A DNA stretch of 61,141 nt, filler included, from Bipalium vagum (taxonomy: Eukaryota), in assembly GCA_037834085.1 (NCBI GenBank). It is 3 parts of 3 records of this genome, joined end to end, with 100 filler letters (N's around TTAATTAATTAA, not from the genome) between each part and the next. Parts side by side here need not be neighbours in the genome. Positions count along the whole stretch, not along the records: positions 41,625 to 61,141 come from JBBMKC010001401.1; 2 more parts are not named here. One strand, 5' to 3'. This document shows, piece by piece, positions 53,760 through 61,141 of this stretch (the first letter of the stretch is position 1; every line of letters begins with the position of its first letter). The notes below the pieces were generated by a model, which was given only the letters and a program-made list of their open reading frames with translations, did no database searches and had not been told where the DNA came from. Made by a program: the position numbers and the translations under genes.

Positions 53760-54290
53760 TGTCATGGGATCAGGCTAATGGATTTCTTGACAGGAATCCA
53801 TTAGCCTCGATAAGGAGACGATCTCGGCGTGGAGATAGTGAGAGGCTATTAGGGCAAATAGCCGTCTCTGAGCGTAGGAATTGGTGATCGTAGGCCAATC
53901 TCTACGCCAATAAAAGGAGACGGCTATTCACGTTAATAGCAGAGAAATCAGTACGTCAATTCCGAAATAATTAATTATGATGCAGCTGGATTTATACAAG
54001 GGGACCCAGCGAGCTTGAAAACCCCTAGGCGACCTGAGAAGGGCCTAGAGGGTGACCCGAGGACCCCTTGTCACTCTTGGTGAGACCGATTTGTTTATTT
54101 CTGTTTTTCATTTTTTTTCAATTATTTTTTTATTATTATTTAATTTCAGAATTTTGGGTTATCCATAGTAACTTTTTGTTTTTTTTGTGATCGATTTAAC
54201 CATTTAATCGCTGTATTAGTACGAAAAAAGTTTTATTTTAAAGATTTATAATTGGTTCTTAAGAGTGCGGATACAATATAGTGGAGGGTG
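53760..54290 (+). repeat. Dispersed repeat family copy C with a 5' hairpin cluster (LTR-like)
   Basis: Begins TGTCATGG; four to five stem-loops in 53772-53940; CCAAT followed by AATAAAA; homologous to copies A and B. Confidence 0.65.
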
Positions 54291-54299
54291 TTTTAAAAT

Positions 54300-54810
54300 A
54301 AAAAGGATTGAGAGGGATTTCGAACACAACGAGTTATAAAAAATGAGGAGTCACGATCAGATGAGCACACGTTGCTAAGTTTCAGTATAATAGAAACAGT
54401 AGCATCGATTGACATTGTCAAAATCGAAAGATGTCGAACAGTTGATTCGCGGGAAATCTGAACTTTTTCTTCTTTACCAAGAAATACGACAATCATGTTC
54501 CACAACTTTTCCCAAATTTCCTAAACCAAAGATTATGGTGTCTGCTTAGCACTCTCCAGCGGGTGTGATTTTAATAGCCTTTCTAATGATACATTCATTG
54601 GATGTTCCAATTATTGACCGACAGAACACCAATACTTTAACTCTACACCAGGCGAAAGATTTTATACCCGACTCCTTTAAATTTGGGAACATTTCCCAAC
54701 ATAAACTATCACTTTTACAAATATGTAGAAAGCTTCTCAAAGAGATCAATGTGTTGCAATGATAACGGGACTGTGCACATGGTAGCAAAAACCTGTCTGT
54801 TCTAATTAAC
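54300..54810 (+). mobile_element. Highly decayed mariner remnant
   Basis: PKPKIMVSA*HSPAGVI resembles mariner PKKVMVTVWWSAAGVI; other motifs are barely recognisable. Confidence 0.4.
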
Positions 54811-55059
54811 TTTTAAAACTTAATTTAACATTTTTTCGGACCAGAAAGATTTTTTGTCACATTAAATTTTGTAAATTGAAAAAAAATTTTAATTTTAAAA
54901 TTAGTTTTGCACTTTAAAAGTAAAATTGCATTAATCAATAATTAATCGTTTACAGTGAAAAACAAAGTTTTATTGATTAACGATTTTTTGAGAGCGGCTT
55001 TGTTTTAACGCACCAAAGTTCGATCAAAGACGGAATAATTTTCAAATTATGCGATTGTA

Positions 55060-56029
55060 ATGTCTGACGTGAAGAAGAGGTTTGAGGCAGCCGTTCAGGT
55101 GATCAGGAACCTTCCCAAGAACCAAACGTACCAGCCGTCGAAGGAGCTGATGCTTCGATTTTATTCATTGTACAAGCAGGCAACAACCGGCCCATGTGAG
55201 CTACCTCGTCCGGCCTTCTGGGACGTCGTCAACAAAGCCAAGTGGGAATCGTGGAACAGTTTGAAAGACATGTCGAGCAGCGAGGCCATGGTGCTGTACG
55301 TGGAGGAACTGAAGAAGGTGATAGAAACAATGCCGCATTCCGTGGATGTGGGAAATTTCCTGCAGACGCTTGGCAGCTTTTACGAGATCGTCGATCTGGA
55401 CTCGCAGAAAGATATCGCGAAAGAGGCAACGAAGTGTCAGTCGGCAATCTCTCGCAGTCTTGAGTCTCTGACCGACGACAAGTGCTCCGAGGACTCGTTC
55501 TATGAGGTGGCTCCCTCGTACTTTGGACAATTTGACGTTCAAGAAACCATCAAAAAGCTCCAGGTAGCTTTCTTTTTCAATGGGATCTTGGGGAGAGGTT
55601 ACTTTTTTTTCTTCCATTGATAGAGATACGTGGTTTGGGGCCAGGTTGGTCATTGTGAGATTCTGAGAAACAGAAATAAATAAAAATCAATAGCATTAAC
55701 AAATAATAATAATAATAATAATATTTTTGGATCGCTTTCCTTCGATTTTTTTTCCAGTCGCGGTGTGACGTTAATCGATAAAAATATTTTGACAGGGTGA
55801 CATGGACGCTCTCAACCAAAGGGTGGCCATTATCGAATCGAAGCCAAGGCCTCATATGTGTCTGTGTCAGTTTATCGACAAGATGCACCGTTATCTACGC
55901 AAATTCCCCGTGGTGTTACTGATTGGAATGACACTGCCGCTCTGGACGCTTCTGTGGTTCGTCATGTTTCGAATTGTGCCGTTGCTGAGGAGGCTTGTGC
56001 TGGGAAGACGAAGCCGACGATGTCCATGA
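55060..56029 (+). CDS. ACBD5: Acyl-CoA-binding domain protein, ACBD5/ACBD4-like, tail-anchored; 2 exons, 245 aa
   Basis: Exon 1 55060-55563 (CAG|GT), intron 55564-55795 (ends GACAG), exon 2 55796-56029, phase 0. ACB domain RFEAAVQVIRNLPK..MLRFYSLYKQAT.GPC..PRPAFWDVVNKAKWESWNSLKDMS; acidic FFAT-like DDKCSEDSFYEV; coiled coil TIKKLQ|GDMDALNQRVAIIE; hydrophobic C-terminal segment followed by an Arg-rich tail. Confidence 0.9.
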
Positions 56030-56649
56030 CGCTGAATGAGACGGAGGATTATCCGAGTGTGACATAGTGATTCGATTTTTAATCGATTTGTTGAATAAAT
56101 CGATGTTAAATACACTCCCATTTGAGTTTTCGTTTTGTTGGGCCCTCTGTATCGATTGATGATTGTTTCTTTAGTACTCCTTGTTCGACAAGATAAGCGC
56201 CTTCATTTTATCACGTCAGACTACAAATGGATTCGAACTGGGAAATCATTTCCTTCTTTTGTCACCTAGGTAGGCTTGACCAAGGTAGACTTGAAAAAGT
56301 TTTTGAAAGGACGAAGAAAGACAAATTACATATCGTTGGAAACCGTTACGAATAAACAATTCTTCACACTGTCCGAACTCATTTAACTGTGAGGAATGTA
56401 TCATAGGAGATTGTCCAGGAAGTACCCAAAGACGAAAAGGCATTCAAAGAAGAAATGGAAGGAATTTCTGATCGGATTTGACAATCTTTTAGAGTGACAT
56501 TTTCAATTCCGAAAGCATTGTTCCATTGTCGGCCGTAAATAGAAAGCGGCGGTTTTGTTAAGTGAGGGATAGAAAGAGACGTTGTCTTCTGAGTTGGGGG
56601 GGGCTGAAAAACCGTTTCCTGTGACAATAATAGTAATAATATGTCTTCG

Positions 56650-57109
56650 CGGGTTTTATCCGCTTACTGATCCAATCAAATAAATTTTTTTGTCCAGGCT
56701 GCTCTCCTTTTTTTGGAATTGACTTCCTTTGTCAAAATAGGTCACTTTCGAAGTACACATGCTTTGTAACATTGTAAGTCATTAATTACCGCTCCACTCA
56801 CAGTTGATGTCCCGCTCCCAGATCTTTTGACTGCCATCATCGATTTTAATTTTCAATTTAACCAAAGATTCTTTATTTCGATCTGGATCACATCTTTTAT
56901 TGTCACATTTTCTTTCGGTATTGAATATACCTGTGTCCTTGGTTTCGGTATACCTTTTTGCCAACTCGTAAACCTGGGTCTTGCTGTAGCCAAACCACTC
57001 AAAGAAATACAGTACACGAGTACGTAACACTATTTTCCAACACGCTTATCGCTTTTTCCAAATAATCGTCATTGGCGTCTAATACAGTCTAAATCTGGCC
57101 CGCAACCCG
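56650..57109 (-). mobile_element. 5' fragment of a maT/DD37D-type element
   Basis: Terminus ccgggttgcgggccagattt at 57109 (minus); HTH-like FGYSKTQVYELAKRYTE. Confidence 0.65.
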
Positions 57110-57119
57110 GAGCATGCTG

Positions 57120-57990
57120 ATTATAAATTTTCTCTGGGACCTGTCTCAATTAACTACTTTAATTCTGTCGAATAAGTGAAGATTTTTCTAGTATGGGGAC
57201 GACGATTGGTGTCTTTCTCGACAGCTCCCCACACATAATATTCGATCGAGATAAAACCTGGGGAGTTCGGAGGCCAAACATTGGAACGGATAAAGTCGTG
57301 AAAATTGGCTAATAACCATTTACCATTAGACTTTATCCTGAAATGTGCCAGGGGGGCTGATTACTGCTGCCATACCTATTAATTATTGTTAACTACAATG
57401 GATAACAAATCAAGGTAGGCATCTGAATTTAACCTGAGACTCCTTTTAAAATAACAGTGAGGCAGCACATCACATTAGAAAACTATGACAGTTTGTGGAA
57501 ATGTGGCCCACATGATTTGAGGAGTACGCATTGTACTGTATGCAAACCACCTGTCGTTCTGTATGTTGTGGTTTTGATTCTCTCAAAAGTCCTTCTCATT
57601 CGAAAAGAATCAGGTCGCTTGTGCACGATGTTACAATTCACTCAGAAGTGTCTTTGCAATTTTCCCGGGCGTTTGGGGATTGAAAGGTGACCTCTTGACG
57701 CTTGTGAATGCTAGAGAAGGTCTTCATTGAGTGCAAGCTTCATGGTAGATGCTGAAGCATTCAATTCATGGGACAAGGCCAGAATTCCAGGACCCAATAC
57801 CAGGGTCCTCAAAGACTTTCTTCCTCAGATTATCCATGAAATAAGAAGTCCGACTGTAATCAAATCGTCTGATATGTTACATTCATCTTGCCACAGTCTC
57901 GTAGTCTCCATTGTACGTAGTGGTCATTAAAAGACTGATCTATTTAAAATTGATTTAAAATTGAATATAATAATGATTTTTTAAATTGTT
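57120..57990 (-). mobile_element. maT/DD37D transposase pseudogene
   Basis: LRKKVFEDPGIG..ALSHELNASASTMKLALNEDL, FFSNEKDF..QNHNIQNDRW, LRLNSDAYLDLL, WQQ*SAPWH, VWPPNSPG..YVWGAVEKDTN; same clade as the 1700-2646 element. Confidence 0.85.
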
Positions 57991-58039
57991 TAGATAATAT
58001 TAAGCATCCTTTGAAGATTTAAATGAGTATATATGATAA

Positions 58040-58396
58040 TCAACACCAAGGAAAACTAAGAATTATTATATTCGAATGACAAGTCTATTGTTTTGACACA
58101 AAGAAGATATTGGACATATTTTAATGTAAAAATATCTCCTACCCTAAACATGATTGGGAATCTAATCGCTCGTCTTAAAAATACTGGATCAGTCGCAGAT
58201 CTTCTCGGAAGAGGTCCTTGTCGGACTGTGCATAATGATGCAGCCGTGCAATGTGTAGACCAGAGTGTGCTACAGGATCCATATGCGTCTACTCGTCGTC
58301 GCTCTTTCATGAGTCAGGTAGGTTCCAGTCATCCGTTGTCTTTGTCATTATGTATCTGAATTAAAAAGGGAAATAACTTTTACCTCGAACACCCTG
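58040..58396 (+). mobile_element. Internally deleted rosa-type element
   Basis: IGNLIARLKNTGSVADLLGRGPCRTV..QDPYASTRRRS; terminus aactttacctcgaacaccctg-TA. Confidence 0.75.
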
Positions 58397-59399
58397 TATA
58401 CTATTTCCTTCTAAGTGGACTTTAAGAGTGCTGATGAACGAGTTACATTTCTAACATTTACAGAAGCTACCACGGTAAAGGCCACAGATACCTTGTCGCT
58501 CACTTACAATATCCTAATCTCTTTATTTTGAGTTTTCCTTTTGACTTAGGGACAAAGAAAACTTGACGCTTTCGTTGATTCTTTCGAGCGGTAGGATAAC
58601 TACTTGTGGAATGAAAGGAAGGTGGTGTTTGGGTTTGCTTTTCAACCATTCCGACTTATTTCAAGAATGACCATGACTGAACTCACACCTAAGCTCTTTA
58701 AGAACGTGACCAGTACAGCTGATTATAGAAGCACGTTGAGATCCTGTCACAATTCGAAGGTTAACGAAAACGTTTCAGTCTCCTAGTATACTAATACAAA
58801 TGATTATTTAGCTCAATTCTTAATTTGAAAAGGGCGTGGAACGTTTGAGCCAATCAAGCGCACACTGAAGGAAGTGCAGTTGAAAGAGCACTAATCAATT
58901 GATGATAAAAGTAAATTCTTTCTTCACCATTCTTTTCCAATCGATTCTACCTCGTTCCAGGTGACAATACTTATTCCTAACAAACGGAATTCTTGACCAT
59001 CTCCAAATCAGGAAGGTTTTTATTAATTAAATAATGTTAATACATTTTAAAGACTCTTTGTACAAAGAAGGAATCTTTTGTAATAGTGTTAGACAAAGTA
59101 AATTTTTGAATTGGGTGCACACGTTGAAAATGACGCGGTTTAATGAACGATATTTCCGTTTAGTAAAACAATTTGTTTTAATATTCATATTCAACTGCTT
59201 ATACATTAGTTTTCGCGCGCTTTAATTCTAAATATATATTCGACATGACAAAAGTTTGTAATACCGGGTACCCATTGGTCGGGCAAGAAATAAATAGATG
59301 ACCTTTGGTTTGTATAGCCGAACAATAATGAGTTCAATTTCATAACGGTATGGGAAATATATTCGGGCTTATTTAATGCAATCGATTTTTATTTAATTG

Positions 59400-59700
59400 A
59401 TATTGATTATTAGACACGTATCAAATTAGTGGAGTTATATTTAGGAAACAATAAATCTGCTGTTGCTGTCCTTCGTGCTGATAAAAGTCTGCACAAATGG
59501 CACACTATGATCCTTTCAGTGTAACAACTGTTAATCAGATTAATCAGAGAATCTCAGGAAACGAGACCGGTCACTGATAGACGTCGTTCTGTCAGATCTT
59601 GTTTGGAGAAAGAGCGAGAGTCAATTGTTGAAGATGAATTCAAAAGACAACAGAGCAACAAGGAATTCGAGTATATCTCACAGCCTCCCTACGAGTAGTT
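59400..59700 (+). mobile_element. rosa-like N-terminal fragment
   Basis: TRIKLVELYLGNNKSAVAVLRA..DPFSVTTV.RLIRE.QET.PVTDRRRS. Confidence 0.55.
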
Positions 59701-60516
59701 AGGTTACACTAAATCAGAAATTAAATAAGTTAGGGCTTTGGGCAATAGGTTGATGTTGATGACAAGATGTATTTCCAGATTTTTTCAGGAGCATTTCTGA
59801 GCAAGTGGACTAGGTAAGGACAACATCTTTGGTTTGATCCAACAAGTTTCTTCCATCTTTACTCTATCGACGTCTGGTCACCTTGGTACTACCAGTCGAC
59901 ACTTCAAAATGAGTTCAAGACTATGAGGGAGTCACCGTGTCGGAAAATAGTCTCACAGACCGCCAGAGAAGACGTCGAAGAATGAAAATAGAGACCTGTT
60001 CTCAAAACAGCGAGACCCTTTTTACAATAAAACATTAAAAATCTCACAGAATTCATTGGGTTTTTTCCTCCTTCAACAAGGGATTTCACCCTCACAACGT
60101 TTCCTTCATTAGAATAGCAAGTGGGTAGGAGGTATACCATAGTTTCTCTCAGGGAACGGGATGATTTTGCAGGAGCTCAACAAGTGTAATATCATGTTTT
60201 TACCAATAACCATGCCTCGTGACACTTCATGCGAAAAGTACTCTGCACGTGAAAGGCGAGGCCATTCTGTCGTGTGAAGGCAGCTACGGTCATTGATTTC
60301 ATGCGTTATCCTTCACGGCCCAGAAGGAGCCCGGTCGCCAACTGGAAGCATGATCGATAAAAACCCGATCAACTCTTTCCCCTTCGTGAGGCCGTCGTAA
60401 TTTGCTCATAAAACCGTTTTCCTTGACATATAAACATCGAATAAATCTTTAATTGGCCCAACGAGGTGGACCGAAGGCAGTCATGCTCTATCGCACCCTC
60501 CGTGCAGTGAGCGGGG

Positions 60517-60783
60517 ATGGACGGGTCGACGGAGGTTGTAGAGCAGAACACCAACCACATGGCCATCGATGGACAAGTACCACGCTCTCAGGGCAGCTGC
60601 GTACACGGTGAAGAGGACCTCTCAGCTTTCACAGCCCGCAGCTTGACCGAGGGGAGAGGCGCTGGCCAACGCCTTAGCGAAGTCGAGGCCAGATTGAACG
60701 AGGGCAAAAGTGAATTAAGCTGTCAACTTCAGTCGAAAGGGGAGGCCCTTCGGTCAGTGTCAGGTCACTTTCGGTTTAATTGA
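60517..60783 (+). CDS. Possible first exon of an unidentified gene
   Basis: GC-rich 88-codon ORF with a coiled-coil-like end (LSEVEARLNEGKSELSCQLQ) and a candidate short intron ending ..ccccgttgcag at ~60812; no homology recognised. Confidence 0.3.
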   Translation: MDGSTEVVEQNTNHMAIDGQVPRSQGSCVHGEEDLSAFTARSLTEGRGAGQRLSEVEARLNEGKSELSCQLQSKGEALRSVSGHFRFN

Positions 60784-60817
60784 AATATTCTCTCTCCTTA
60801 CCCCCGTTGCAGAGGAA

Positions 60818-60916
60818 ATAATAATAATAATTTTATTACTAAACCAAAATAATAAATATTATTACAATAAAACATATATAAAAATAAAATAATAATAAAT
60901 AATATTACTAATAATA

Positions 60917-60966
<50 letters not shown>

Positions 60967-61141
60967 TAAATAAACTAGCGATGATAATAAAAGTAATAAG
61001 AATAAATAAATATGTTAATAATGATAATAATAAAAAAAAATAATATAACAAAAAATAATAATATAAATAATAATATAAAAAATAATAATAAAAATAAAAA
61101 TAATAATAAAAAAAATAATATAAAATAATAATATAACAAAA
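60818..61141. repeat. (AAT)n-derived low-complexity tract at the contig end
   Basis: Perfect and degenerate AAT arrays. Confidence 0.95.

Noticed and set aside
53857-53928. Hammerhead ribozyme or pre-miRNA
   Set aside because: No CUGANGA/GAAA core in the right geometry, and the large asymmetric internal loop and repeat context argue against a canonical pre-miRNA.
55060-55620. ORF-track 186-aa protein ending in GYFFFFH
   Set aside because: This is read-through into the intron; splicing at 55563/55796 restores the coiled coil and transmembrane tail.
55201-55653. 150-aa antisense ORF and other ORFs overlapping ACBD5 and dvl
   Set aside because: Shadow ORFs of GC-rich exons with no independent motifs.
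59750-60200. Gypsy integrase fragment
   Set aside because: Only a vague resemblance (SNEGNVVRV), with no supporting motifs.
60818-61141. Telomeric repeat
   Set aside because: AAT microsatellite, not TTAGGG-like; more likely the cause of the assembly break.

Overview
AT-rich animal (metazoan) genomic DNA made of three separate contigs (1-17612, 17713-41524, 41625-61141) joined by artificial 100-nt linkers (44 N + TTAATTAATTAA + 44 N), so adjacency across the linkers is not biological. Contig 1 carries an apparently intact, divergent Sema-domain (semaphorin/plexin-family) gene on the minus strand (9 phase-compatible exons found, both ends missing). Directly 5' of those exons lies a decayed endogenous Polinton/adintovirus-like element: a major capsid protein on + and a protein-primed family B DNA polymerase on -, later hit by Tc1/mariner transposons. 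The contig ends in the 3' part of an RLE-type (R2/R4/NeSL-like) non-LTR retrotransposon. Contig 2 is essentially a graveyard of IS630-Tc1-mariner elements with no host gene I can recognise. Contig 3 is more GC-rich and contains the 5' half of a dishevelled gene (DIX sequence resembles, from memory, planarian Dvl, so a free-living flatworm is my tentative guess), a complete two-exon ACBD5/ACBD4-like gene, a dispersed hairpin-rich repeat family, more Tc1/mariner debris and (TTA)n microsatellites. All calls come from manual translation and motif recognition; no database searches were run.
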